DNA of 45,037 nt from Cyanophora paradoxa CCMP329. Lineage: Eukaryota; Plantae; Glaucophyta. The notes below the pieces were generated by a model that saw nothing but the letters and a program-made list of their open reading frames with translations, made no database searches and had not been told where the DNA came from. Below, one piece after another: positions 20,710-34,100 of this stretch. Within the stretch, counting starts at the first letter, position 1, and each line of letters opens with the position of its first letter. The position numbers and the translations under genes were made by a program. The DNA lies in NCBI GenBank assembly GCA_004431415.1, contig QPMI01000700.1, positions 1 through 45,037 of the forward strand, written 5' to 3'.

Positions 20710-21069
20710 CCTCCATGTCGTCTTGTTGTTCCTCTTACTTGTCTTCTTCCTGTTATTTATCTTTCTCAATTTTGTCCCCCGCTTCTTAGTGATGTAATTC
20801 CTTCTGATATTGATGGTATCTCTCGCTCTGGCTCTTCTTCGTGTCAGTTATCCTCTGTCCCTAGATCTGCTCGATTTATCGTCTCTTCTCGCTATCGATC
20901 TGTCTCGAGCTCTGTGTCTTTCCTTTTTTATTGTCGATTTTGGCTCTTTGTCTTATCTTTCTTCGTGCTCTTGTCTTAGTTATTTTGCTTTTTTGTCTTT
21001 ATGCCCCCTGGGCAGCCCCCGCAGTGCTGGTGTCTAGAGACTGTGGCCGGTAATTCACCAAAAAAAAAA
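20710..21069 (+). mobile_element. 5'-truncated non-LTR retrotransposon / SINE-like insertion
   Basis: 360-bp T/C-rich insert ending in A10, flanked by an exact 18-bp duplication TAGACTCGCCCGCTAGAG (20692-20709, 21070-21087). Confidence 0.85.
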
Positions 21070-21487
21070 TAGACTCGCCCGCTAGAGGCCTGAGGTACTA
21101 CTGTAATTCAGGTAATAATTAAGACCCCAAAATGTTTAGTAATTCCGGGGTTTGGCCGGTTTAGTAGGCCTTAAATAATTAAGATTTGGCCGCGGAGCGC
21201 TTTAGTAGGCCCTGTGGGCTAGGCGCGCGCGAGGGCCGGGGGTGGGCTCGACGCCTGCGACGCCACGCGCTTCGAATTCTGCGCTCCCTTCGCGATCGGC
21301 GCCATGCATATGCTTCTCCCGCGCTGCGACTACAGCCGCGCCGACGCCACTGCGTTACGTACCCCCTTCGGGCCTCGGGTTTAATAGTATTAAAAACATT
21401 AGTACTCAGGCCTCAGAACTTTAGTACTATTAATATCCAACCTCTTAAATATTTCCTGCTTTACAGTACGCGTACGGTAGTACCGGT

Positions 21488-21967
21488 TAGGGCTGCGCCC
21501 AGTGAGGTCCGCGGGCTCACTTTGTGAGTGAGCTTTTTGCGTCCCACTCACTCAGTCCATGTAGTGAGCAGGGGGTACGTTTTCGTATACGCGAAAAACG
21601 ACCTAAAACGACCCAGATTTCGCCGAGTTTTCAGGCGCTATGTGCCTTAACTGCCAGCTGTTTCCACGGGCTTCTAAAATGTCGAGACTCTGACAGGTCG
21701 TTTCGAATTTCAAATTGGTCATGGTCAGCATCGCGCGCGGTGCTGCTAGCGCTACGCTATACGCATGTAGATCTGACTCAAAGTACCCCCAAATCGTTAG
21801 GTGGGGCGCCTGGGTCGTGATTTTATGGGGCCAGATACCCCCCCGCGCGGCGCGGGCTGAGGTCCAGCCTGCAGCCCACTGGCCTCATACATTTTTCTTT
21901 GTACGAGTGAGCCAAAATCCTCACTCAGTGAGTGGAGATCTCACTGATCTCACTGGACCCAGCCCTA
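21488..21967. mobile_element. Non-autonomous hAT-type element, 480 bp
   Basis: 19-bp TIRs TAGGGCTGCGCCCAGTGAG / CTCACTGGACCCAGCCCTA (17 of 19), exact 8-bp TSD GTACCGGT (21480-21487, 21968-21975), and subterminal AGTGAG/CTCACT motifs. Confidence 0.9.
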
Positions 21968-22160
21968 GTACCGGTAGGTCGCCAGCGGGTGGCGGCTGAG
22001 CGCGCCTTCCGCTGCAGCTGCAGGCGCCGGCCGGCTGCGAACGGGGGCCCGGCGGCCAGCTCTGCCTCCAGGATCATCGGACCCAGCTCCCGGCCGCGGG
22101 ATCATCGATCCTCTTTTATGCGGGAGGAGAATGACGAAATTTAGATGGGATTACGCGGCA

Positions 22161-25100
22161 ATGCTGCGAATGTTTGTAGTCTTCTCTGTGCTTGCAGCAG
22201 CCGCAGCGCAGAGTGCGTGTAGCGACGGGCTTCCTCTGGTTGCGGACGGAGAGGCTGGATGCACGGCTACCGCGTGCAAGACGGAGCTGTTTTATGTACG
22301 CGAATTCTTCAAGTCTATGTTTTGACTATTTGCCGCAAACCATAACATATGCATGAACATACAGGTCGACACCGCGGCAAACACTTGCGTTTCGCAGTCC
22401 AGCTGCAATACAGCGGGGAAGGTCACCATCGTACGCGACTTTTTCCCCACCCGGCTTTTCTTGCCATTGGCAGCCGCCGCCCTGCCGTCGCTTCTCGCTG
22501 ATTGACGGGCCCCCGGCCGGGGTCGAAATATAAATAAGGACGCCGATGACACTTGCGTGACCCCGTTCTGCTCCTCGGGCGACACCATCGCGACGGGGAC
22601 CGTCTGCAACTCGGACGCCACCTGCAAGGCGGCGGACGGGCTCTACGTGCGCTCACTTACAGAGCGACTAGTCGGGATCCGCCTCCGTGGCGGGCACGTG
22701 TGCTGATTGAAGGCCGGCGCCCCTGCGCGGCAGGTGGACGCGACGGCTGGCAAGTGCGTGTCGACGTGCGAGACGGCGGGGACGGTGCCCGTGGTGCGTA
22801 GTCGCTGAACTTTCGCTTTGCGTGTTGGCCGCCGGGCCGCTGCGCCTCCCCGCCTGTTGCTGATCAATGGGGCCGCGGCGGGCCACACTTCATTGCCTAT
22901 CAGACCGTGACGGAGACTTGCGAGATCGCTGCCTGTGCTGCGGGCGACGCCATCGCGACGGGGACCGCCTGCAACTTGGAGGCCACCTGCAAGGCGACGG
23001 ACGGGCTCTACGTGCGCTCACGTACAGAGCGACTAGTCGGGATCCGCCTCCGTGGCGGGCGCGTGTACTGATTGAGGGCCGGCGCCCCTGCGCGGCAGGT
23101 GGACGCGACGGCTGGCAAGTGCGTGTCGACCTGCGAGACGGCGGGGACGGTGCCCGTGGTGCGTAGCCGTTGAACATTCGCTTTGCGTGTTGGAATCTGC
23201 ACTTCCTCACCCCCTTCTGATCAATGAGGGCTGGGCGGGCCCCACTAACAGACCACGACGGAGACTTGTGAGGTCGCCGTGTGCGCTGCGGGCGACACCA
23301 TCGCGATGGGGACCGTCTGCGACTCGGACGCCACCTGCAAGGCGGCGGACGGGCTCTACGTGCGCTCTTGTGACGAGCGACTAGTCGGGACCCGCCTCGT
23401 CGGCGGGCGCGAGTACTGATTGAGGGCCGGCGCCCCTGCGCGGCAGGTGGACGCGACGGCGGGGAAGTGCGTGTCGACGTGCGAGACGGCGGGAACGGTG
23501 CCCGTGGTGCGTGGTCGCTGAACTTTCGCTTATCGTGTGGGCCACTGCGCCTCCCCGCCTCTTGCTGATCAATGCGGCCGCGGCGGGCCACACTTTATTG
23601 CCTATCAGACCGTGACGGAGACTTGCGAGGTTGCTGTGTGCGGTGCGGGCGACACCATCGCGACGGGGACCGTCTGCGACTCGGACGCCACCTGCAAGGC
23701 GGCGGGCGGGCTCTACGTGCGCTCTCGTGATGAGCGACAAGCCGGGACCCGCCTCCTTGGCGGGCGGGTGTACTGATTGAGGGCGGGCGCCCCTGCGCGG
23801 CAGGTGGACGCGACGGCGGGCAAGTGCGTGTCGACGTGCGAGACGGCGGGGACGGTGCCCGTGGTGCGTGGTCGCTGAACGTTCGCTTTGCGTGTTGGCC
23901 GCTGCGCCTCCCCGCCTCTTGCTGATCAATGGGGCCGCGGCGGGCCACACTTTATTGCCTATCAGACCGTGACGGAGACTTGCGAGATCGCTGCCTGTGC
24001 TGCGGGCGACACCATCGCGACGGGGACCGTCTGCAACTCGGAGGCCACCTGCAAGGCAGCGGACGGGCTCTACGTGCGTTCACCTACAGAGCGACTAGTC
24101 GGGATCCGCCTCCGTGGCGGGCGCGTGTACTGATTTAGGGCCGGCGCCCCTGCGCGGCAGGTGGACGCGACGGCTGGCAAGTGCGTGTCGACGTGCGAGA
24201 CGGCGGGAACGGTGCCCGTGGTGCGTGGTCGCTGAACGTTCGCTTTGCGTGTTGGAATCTGCACTTCCTCACCCCCTTCTGATCAATGAGGGCTGGGCGG
24301 GCCCCACTAACAGACCACGACGGAGACTTGTGAGGTCGCCGTGTGTGCTGCGGGCGACACCATCGCGACGGGGACCGTCTGCGACTCGGACGCCACCTGC
24401 AAGGCGGCGGACGGGCTCTACGTGCGCTCTCGTGATGAGCGCAAGTCGGGACCCGCCTCCGTGGCGGGCGGGTGTACTGATTGAAGGCCGGCGCCCCTGC
24501 GCGGCAGGTGGACGCGACGGCGGGCAAGTGCGTGTCGACGTGCGAGACGGCGGGGACGGTCCCCTTGGTGCGTAGTCGCTCAACTTTCACTTTGCGTGTT
24601 GGCCGCTGCGCCTCCCCGCATCTTGCTGATCCATGGGGCCGTGGCGGGCCACACTTCATTGCCTATCAGACCGTGACGGAGACTTGCGAGATCGCTGCCT
24701 GCGCTGCGGGCGACACCATCGCGACGGGGACCGTCTGCGACTCGGACGCCACCTGCAAGGCGGCGGGCGGGCTCTACGTGCGCTCTCGTGATGAGCGACA
24801 AGTCGGGACCCGCCTCCGTGGCGGGCGGGTGTACTGATTGAGGGCCGGCGCCCCTGCGCGGCAGGTGGACGCGACGGCTGGCAAGTGCGTGTCGACGTGC
24901 GAGACGGCGGGGACGGTGCCCGTGGTGCGTAGTCGCTGAATTTTTGCTTTGCGTGTTGGAATCTGCACTTCCTCACCCCCTTCTGATCAATGAGGGCTGG
25001 GCGGGCCCCACTAACAGACCACGACGGAGACTTGCGAGATCGCTGCCTGTGCTGCGGGCGACACCATCGCGACGGGGACCGTCTGCAACTCGGACGCCAC

Positions 25101-28100
25101 CTGCAAGGCGGCGGACGGGCTCTACGTGCGCTCACGTACAGAGCGACTAGTCGGGATCCGCCTCCGTGGCAGGCGCGTGTACTGATTGAGGGCCGGCGCC
25201 CGTGCGCGGCAGGTGGACGCGACGGCGGGCAAGTGCGTGTCGACGTGCGAGACGGCGGGGACGGTCCCCGTGGTGCGTGGTCGCTGAACGTTCGCTTTGC
25301 GTGTTGGCCGCTGCGCCTCCCCGCCTCTTGCTGATCCATGGGGCCGTGGCGGGCCACACTTCATTGCCTATCAGACCGTGACGGAGACTTGCGAGATCGC
25401 TGCCTGCGCTGCGGGCGATACCATCGCGACGGGGACCGCCTGCAACTCGGACACCACCTGCAAGGCGGCGGACGGGCTCTACGTGCGTTCACCTACAGAG
25501 CGACAAGTCGGGACCCGCCTCCGTGGCGGGCGCGTGTACTGATTGAGGGCCCGCGCCCCTGCGCGGCAGGTGGATGCGACGGCGGGCAAGTGCGTGTCGA
25601 CGTGCGAGACGGCGGGGACGGTGCCCGTGGTGCGTGGTCGTTGAACTTTTGCTTTGCGTGTTGGACTGTGCAATTCGTCACCCCCTTCTGATCAATGAGG
25701 GCTGGGCGGGCCCACTAACAGACCACGACGGAGACTTGCGAGATCGCTGCCTGTGCTGCGGGCGACACCATCGCGACGGGGACCGTCTGCAACTCGGACG
25801 CCACCTGCAAGGCGACGGACGGGCTCTACGTGCGCTCACGTACAGAGCGACTAGTCGGGATCCGCCTCCGTGACGGGCGCACGTACTGATTGAGGGCCGG
25901 CGCCCGTGCGCGGCAGGTGGACGCGACGGCGGGCAAGTGCGTGTCGACGTGCGAGACGGCGGGGACGGTGCCCGTGGTGCGTGGTCGTTGAACTTTTGCT
26001 TTGCGTGTTGGACTGTGCAATTCGTCACCCCCTTCTGATCAATGAGGGCTGGGCGGGCCCACTAACAGACCACGACGGAGACTTGCGAGGTTGCCGTGTG
26101 CGCTGCGGGCGACACCATCGCGACGGGGACCGTCTGCGACTCGGAGGCCACCTGCAAGGCGGCGGACGGGCTCTACGTGCGCTCACGTACAGAGCGACTA
26201 GTCGGGATCCGCCTCCGTGACGGGCGCGTGTACTGATTGAGGGCCGGCGCCCGTGCGCGACAGGTGGACGCGACGGCGGGCAAGTGCGTGTCGACCTGCG
26301 AGACGGCGGGGACGGTGCCCGTGGTGCGTGGTCGCTGAACTTTCGCTTTGCGTGTTGGCCGCTGCGCCTCCGGCCTCTTGCTGATCAATGGGGCCCCGGC
26401 GGGCCACACTTTCTTGCACTATCAGACCACGACGGAGACTTGCGAGATCGCTGCCTGTGCTGCGGGCGACACCATCGCGACGGGGACCGTCTGCAACTCG
26501 GACGCCACCTGCAAGGCGACGGACGGGCTCTACGTGCGCTCACGTACAGAGCGACTAGTCGGGATCCGCCTCCGTGGCGGGCGCACGTACTGATTGAGGG
26601 CCGGCGCCCGTGCGCGGCAGGTGGACGCGACGGCGGGCAAGTGCGTGTCGACGTGCGAGACGGCGGGGACGGTGCCCGTGGTGCGTGGTCGCTGAACGTT
26701 CGCTTTGCGTGTTGGCCGCTGCGCCTCCCCGCCTCTTGCTGATCCATGGGGCCGTGGCGGGCCACACTTCATTGCCTATCAGACCGTGACGGAGACTTGC
26801 GAGATCGCTGCCTGCGCTGCGGGCGATACCATCGCGACGGGGACCGCCTGCAACTCGGACACCACCTGCAAGGCGGCGGACGGGCTCTACGTGCGTTCAC
26901 CTACAGAGCGACAAGTCGGGACCCGCCTCCGTGGCGGGCGCGTGTACTGATTGAGGGCCCGCGCCCCTGCGCGGCAGGTGGATGCGACGGCGGGCAAGTG
27001 CGTGTCGACGTGCGAGACGGCGGGGACGGTGCCCGTGGTGCGTGGTCGTTGAACTTTTGCTTTGCGTGTTGGACTGTGCAATTCGTCACCCCCTTCTGAT
27101 CAATGAGGGCTGGGCGGGCCCACTAACAGACCACGACGGAGACTTGCGAGGTTGCCGTGTGCGCTGCGGGCGACACCATCGCGACGGGGACAGTCTGCGA
27201 CTCGGACGCCACCTGCAAGGCGACGGACGGGCTCTACGTGCGCTCACGTACAGAGCGACTAGTCGGGATCCGCCTCCGTGACGGGCGCGTGTACTGATTG
27301 AGGGCCGGTGCCCCTGCGCGGCAGGTGGACGCGACGGCGGGCAAGTGCGTGTCGACGTGCGAGACGGCGGGGACGGTGCCCGTGGTGCGTGGTCGCTGAA
27401 CGTTCGCTTTGCGTGTTGGCCGCTGCGCCTTCCCGCCTCTTGCTGATCCATGGGCCCGTGGCGGGCCACACTTCATTGCCTATCAGACCGTGACGGAGAC
27501 TTGCGAGATCGCTGCCTGCGCTGCGGGCGACACCATCGCGACGGGGACCGCCTGCAACTCGGACGCCACCTGCAAGGCGGCGGACGGGCTCTACGTGCGT
27601 TCACCTACAGAGCGACTAGTCGAGATCCGCCTCCGTGGCGGGCGGGTGTACTGATTGAGGGCCGGCGCCCCTGCGCGGCAGGTGGACGCGACGGCTGGCA
27701 AGTGCGTGTCGACGTGCGAGACGGCGGGGATGGTGCCCGTGGTGCGTAGCCGTTGAACATTTGCGTCGCGTGCTGGAATCTGCACTTCCTCACCCCCTTC
27801 TGATCAATGAGGGCTGGGCGGGCCCCACTAACAGACCACGACGGAGACTTGCGAGGTTGCCGTGTGCGCTGCGGGCGACACCATCGCGACGGGGACCGTC
27901 TGCAACTCGGACGCCACCTGCAAGGCGACGGACGGGCTCTACGTGCGCTCACGTACAGAGCGACTAGTCGAGACCCGCCTCGTCGACGGGCGCGCGTACT
28001 GATTGAGGGCCGGCGCCCCTGCGCGGCAGGTGGACGCGACGGCGGGGAAGTGCGTGTCGACGTGCGAGACGGCGGGAACGGTGCCCGTGGTGCGTGGTCG

Positions 28101-31100
28101 CTGAGCGTTCGCTTTGCGTGTTGGCCGCTGCGCCTCCCCGCCTCTTGCTGAACAATGGGGCCGCGGCGGGCCACACTTTATTGCCTATCAGACCGCGACG
28201 GAGACTTGCGAGATCGCTGCCTGTGCTGCGGGCGACACCATCGCGACGGGGACCGACTGCAACTCGGAGGCCACCTGCAAGGCAGCGGACGGGCTCTACG
28301 TGCGCTCACTTACAGAGCGACTAGTCGGGATCCGCCTCCGTGGCGGGCGCGTGTACTGATTGAGGGCCGGCGCCCCTGCACGGCAGGTGGACGCGACGGC
28401 GGGCAAGTGCGTGTCGACGTGCGAGACGGCGGGGACGGTGCCCGTGGTGCGTAGCCGCTGAACATTTGCGTTGCGTGTTGGAATCTGCACTTCCTCACCC
28501 CCTTCTGATCAATGAGGGCTGGGCGGGCCCCACTAACAGACCACGACGGAGACTTGCGAGATCGCTGCCTGCAGTGCGGGCGACACCATCGCAACGGGGA
28601 CCATCTGCGACTCGGACGCCACCTGCAAGGCGACGGACGGGCTCTACGTGCGCTCACGTACAGAGCGACTAGTCAGGATCCGCCTCCGTGACGGGCGCGC
28701 GTACTGATTGAGGGCCGGCGCCCCTGCGCGGCAGGTGGACGCGACGGCGGGCAAGTGCGTGTCGACGTGCGAGACGGCGGGAACGGTGCCCGTGGTGCGT
28801 GGTCGCTGAACGTTCGCTTTGCGTGTTGGCCGCTGCGCTTCCCCGCCTCTTGCTGATCAGTGGGGCCGCGGCGGGCCACACTTTATTGCCTATCAGACCG
28901 TGACGGAGACTTGCGAGATCGCTGCCTGTGCTGCGGGCGACACCATCGCGACGGGGACCGCCTGCAACTCGGAGGCCACCTGCAAGGCAGCGGACGGGCT
29001 CTACGTGCGCTCACTTACAGAGCGACTAGTCGGGATCCGCCTCCGTGGCGGGCGCGTGTACTGATTGAGGGCCGGCGCCCCTGCACGGCAGGTGGACGCG
29101 ACGGCGGGCAAGTGCGTGTCGACGTGCGAGACGGCGGGGACGGTGCCCGTGGTGCGTAGCCGCTGAACATTTGCGTTGCGTGTTGGACTCTGCACTTCCT
29201 CACCCCCTTCTGATCAATGAGGGCTGGGCGGGCCCCACTAACAGACCACGACGGAGACTTGCGAGATCGCTGCCTGCAGTGCGGGCGACACCATTGCAAC
29301 GGGGACCATCTGCGACTCGGACGCCACCTGCAAGGCGGCGGACGGGCTCTACGTGCGCTCACGTACAGAGCGACTAGTCGGGATCCGCCTCCGTGGCGGG
29401 CGCGTGTACTGATTGAGGGCCCGCGCCCCTGCGCGGCAGGTGGACGCGACGGCGGGCAAGTGCGTGTCGACGTGCGAGACGGCGGGGACGGTGCCCGTGG
29501 TGCGTAGTCGCTGAACGTTCGCTTTGCGTGTTGGCCGCTGCGCCTCCCCGCCTCTTGCTGATCATTGGGGCCGTGGCGGGCCACACTTTCTCGCACTATC
29601 AGACCACGACGGAGACTTGTGAGGTTGCCGTGTGCACTGCTGGCGACACCATCGCGACGGGGACTGTCTGCGACTCCGACGCAACCTGCAAGGCGGCGGA
29701 CGGGCTCTACGTGCGCTCACGTACAGAGCGACTAGTCGGGACCCGCCTCGTCGGCGGGCGCGCGTACTGATTGAGGGCCGGCGCCCGTGCGCGGCAGGTG
29801 GACGCGACGGCGGGCAAGTGCGTGTCGACATGCGAGACGGCGGGGACGGTGCCCGTGGTGCGTAGTCGCTGAACTTTCGCTTTGCGTGTTGGCCGCTGCG
29901 CCTCCGGCCTCTTGCTGATCAGTGGGGCCGCGGCGGGCCACACTTTCTCGCACTATCAGACCGCGACGGAGACTTGCGAGATCGCTGCCTGTGCTGCGGG
30001 CGACACCATCGCGACGGGGACCGTTTGCAACTCGGACGCCACCTGCAAGGCGACGGACGGGCTCTACGTGCGCTCACGTACAGAGCGACTAGTCGGGATC
30101 CGCCTCCGTGGCAGGCGCGTGTACTGATTGAGGGCCGGCTCCCGTGCGCGGCAGGTGGACGCGACGGCGGGCAAGTGCGTGTCGACGTGCGAGACGGCGG
30201 GGACGGTGCCCGTGGTGCGTAGTCGCTGAACATTCGCGTTGCGTGTTGGAATCTGCACTTCCTCACCCCCTTCTGATCAATGAGGGCTGGGCGGGCCCCA
30301 CTAACAGACCACGACGGAGACTTGTGAGGTTGCCGTGTGCACTGCTGGCGACACCATCGCGACGGGGACCGTCTGCGACTCGGACGCCACCTGCAAGGCG
30401 GCGGACGGGCTCTACGTGCGCTCACGTACAGAGCGACTAGTCGGGATCCGCCTCCGTGGCGGGCGCGTGTACTGATTTAGGGCCCGCGCCCCTGCGCGGC
30501 AGGTGGACGCGACGGCGGGCAAGTGCGTGTCGACGTGCGAGACGGCGGGGACGGTGCCCGTGGTGCGTAGTCGCTGAACGTTCGCTTTGCGTGTTGGCCG
30601 CTGCGCCTCCCCGCCTCTTGCTGATCATTGGGGCCGTGGCGGGCCACACTTTTTCGCACTATCAGACCACGACGGAGACTTGTGAGGTTGCCGTGTGCAC
30701 TGCGGGCGACACCATCGCGACGGGGACTGTCTGCGACTCCGACTCAACCTGCAAGGCGGCGGACGGGCTCTACGTGCGCTCACGTACAGAGCGACTAGTC
30801 GGGACCCGCCTCGTCGGCGGGCGCGCGTACTGATTGAGGGCCGGCGCCCCTGCGCGGCAGGTGGACGCGACGGCGGGCAAGTGCGTGTCGACATGCGAGA
30901 CGGCGGGGACGGTGCCCGTGGTGCGTAGTCGCTGAACTTTCGCTTTGCGTGTTGGCCGCTGCGCCTTCGGCCTCTTGCTGATCAGTGGGGCCGCGGCGGG
31001 CCACACTTTCTCGCACTATCAGACCGCGACGGAGACTTGCGAGATCGCTGCCTGTGCTGCGGGCGACACCATCGCGACGGGGACCGCCTGCAACTCGGAG

Positions 31101-34100
31101 GCCACCTGCAAGGCAGCGGACGGGCTCTACGTGCGCTCACTTACAGAGCGACTAGTCGGGATCCGCCTCCGTGGCGGGCGCGTGTACTGATTAAGGGCCC
31201 GCGCCCCTGCGCGGCAGGTGGACGCGACGGCGGGCAAGTGCGTGTCGACGTGCGAGACGGCGGGGACGGTGCCCGTGGTGCGTAGTCGCTGAACGTTCGC
31301 TTTGCGTGTTGGCCGCTGCGCCTCCCCGCCTCTTGCTGATCATTGGGGCCGTGGCGGGCCACACTTTCTCGCACTATCAGACCACGACGGAGACTTGTGA
31401 GGTTGCCGTGTGCACTGCTGGCGACACCATCGCGAAGGGGACCGTCTGCAACTCGGACGCCACCTGCAAGGCGGCGGACGGGCTCTACGTGCGCTCACGT
31501 ACAGAGCGACTAGTCGGGACCCGCCTCGTCGGCGGGCGCGCGTACTGATTGAGGGCCGGCGCCCCTGCGCGGCAGGTGGACGCGACGGCGGGCAAGTGCG
31601 TGTCGACATGCGAGACGGCGGGGACGGTGCCCGTGGTGCGTAGTCGCTGAACTTTCGCTTTGCGTGTTGGCCGCTGCGCCTCCGGCCTCTTGCTGATCAG
31701 TGGGGCCGCGGCGGGCCACACTTTCTCGCACTATCAGACCGCGACGGAGACTTGCGAGATCGCTGCCTGTGCTGCGGGCGACACCATCGCGACGGGGACC
31801 GTTTGCAACTCGGACGCCACCTGCAAGGCGACGGACGGGCTCTACGTGCGCTCACGTACAGAGCGACTAGTCGGGATCCGCCTCCGTGGCAGGCGCGTGT
31901 ACTGATTGAGGGCCGGCGCCCGTGCGCGGCAGGTGGACGCGACGGCGGGCAAGTGCGTGTCGACGTGCGAGACGGCGGGGACGGTGCCCGTGGTGCGTAG
32001 TCGCTGAACATTCGCGTTGCGTGTTGGAATCTGCACTTCCTCACCCCCTTCTGATCAATGAGGGCTGGGCGGGTCCCACTAACAGACCACGACGGAGACT
32101 TGTGAGGTAGCCGTGTGCACTGCTGGCGACACCATCGCGACGGGGACCGCCTGCAACTCGGATGCCACCTGCAAGGCGGCGGACGGGCTCTACGTGCGCT
32201 CTCGTGACGAGCGACTAGTCGGGACCCGCCTCGTCGGCGGGCGCGCGTACTGATTGAGGGCCGGCGCCCCTGCGCGGCAGGTGGACGCGACGGCGGGCAA
32301 GTGCGTGTCGACGTGCGAGACGGCGGGGACGGTGCCCGTGGTGCGTAGTTGCGGAACTTTCGCTTTGCGTGTTGGCCGCTGCGCCTCCCCGCCTCTTGCA
32401 ATTGCTGATCAGTGGGGCCGCGGCGGGCCACACTTTATTGCCGATCAGACCGTGACGGAGACTTGCGAGATCGCCGTGTGCGCTGCGGGCGACACCATCG
32501 CGACGGGGACCGCCTGCAACTCGGATGCCACCTGCAAGGCAGCGGACGGGCTCTACGTGCGCTCACGTACAGAGCGACTAGTCGGGATCCGCCTCCGTGG
32601 CGGGCGCGTGTACTGATTGAGGGCCGGCGCCCGTGCGCGGCAGGTGGACGCGACGGCGGGCAAGTGCGTGTCGACGTGCGAGACGGCGGGGACGGTGCCC
32701 GTGGTGCGTAGTCGCTGAACACTGGCTTTGCGCGGCGGCCGCTGCGCCTCCCCGCCTGTTGCTGATCAATGGGGCCGCGGCGGGCCACACCTCATCGCAC
32801 TATCAGACCGCGACGGAGACTTGCGAGGTCGCCGCCTGCGCTGCTGGTGACATGATCGGGGCGGGCTACGCCTGCAACTTGGAGGCCACCTGCAAGGCGG
32901 CGGACGGGCTCTACGTGCGCTCACGTACAGAGCGACTAGTCGGGATCCGCCTCCGTGGCGGGCACGTGTACTGATTGAGGGCCGGCGCCCGTGCGCGGCA
33001 GGTGGACGCGATGGCGGGCAAGTGCGTGTCGACGTGCGAGACGGCGGGGACGGTGCCCGTGGTGCGTAGTCGCTGAACGTTCGCTTTGCGTGTTGGCCGC
33101 TGCGCCTCCCCGCCTCTTGCTGATCAATGGGGCCGCGGCGGGCCACACTTTATTGCCGATCAGACCGTGACGGAGACTTGCGAGATCGCTGCCTGTGCTG
33201 CGAGCGACACCATCGCGACGGGGACCGTCTGCGACTCGGATGCCACCTGCAAGGCGGCGGACAGGCTCTACGTGCGCTCTCGCGACGAGCGACTAGTCGA
33301 GACCCGCCTCGTCGGCGGGCGCGCGTACTGATTGAAGGCTGTTGCCCCTGCGCGGCAGGTGGACGCGACGGCGGGCAAGTGCGTGTCGACGTGCGAGACG
33401 GCGGGGACGGTGCCCGTGGTGCGTGGTCGCTGAACTCTCGCTTTGCGTGTTGGCCGCTGCGCCTCCCCGCCTCTTGCTGATAAGTGGGGCCGCGGCGGGC
33501 CACACTTTATTGCCGATCAGACCGCGACGGAGACTTGCGAGGTCGCCGCCTGCGCTGCGGGCGACACCATCGCGACGGGGACCGCCTGCAACTCGGATGC
33601 CACCTGCAAGGCGGCGGACGGGCTCTACGTGCGCTCTCGTGACGAGCGACTAGTCGGGATCCGCCTCCGTGGCGGGCGCGTGTACTGATTGAGGGCTGGG
33701 GTCCGTGTGCGGCAGGTGGACGCGACAGCGGGCAAGTGCGTGTCGACGTGCGAGACGGCGGGGACGGTGCCCGTGGTGCGTAGTCGCTGAACATTCGCTT
33801 TGCGCGTTGGAATCTGCACTTCCTCACCCCCTTCTGATCAATGAGGGCTGGGCGGGCCCCACTAACAGACCACGACGGAGACTTGCGAGGTCGCCGTGTG
33901 CGCTGCGGGCGACACCATCGCGACGGGGACCGTCTGCAACTCGGAGGCCACCTGCAAGGCGGCGGACGGGCTCTACGTGCGCTCTCGTGACGATCGACTA
34001 GTCGGGATCCGCCTCCGTGGCGAGGGGGTGTACTGATTGAGGGCCGGCGCCCCTGCACGGCAGGTGGACGCAACGGCGGGCAAGTGCGTGTCGACGTGCG

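Larger units (their letters stand above)
20538..21160. mobile_element. Non-autonomous TIR element (MITE) with TTA target duplication, PIF/Harbinger-like
   Basis: ~60-bp TIRs: ACCAGCCAAACCCCGGAATTACTAAATATTTT + GGGGTCTTAATTATTACCTGAATTACAGTA (left, interrupted by an insertion) versus 21099-21160 (right). TTA at 20535-20537 and 21161-21163. The superfamily is inferred from the TSD only. Confidence 0.75.
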
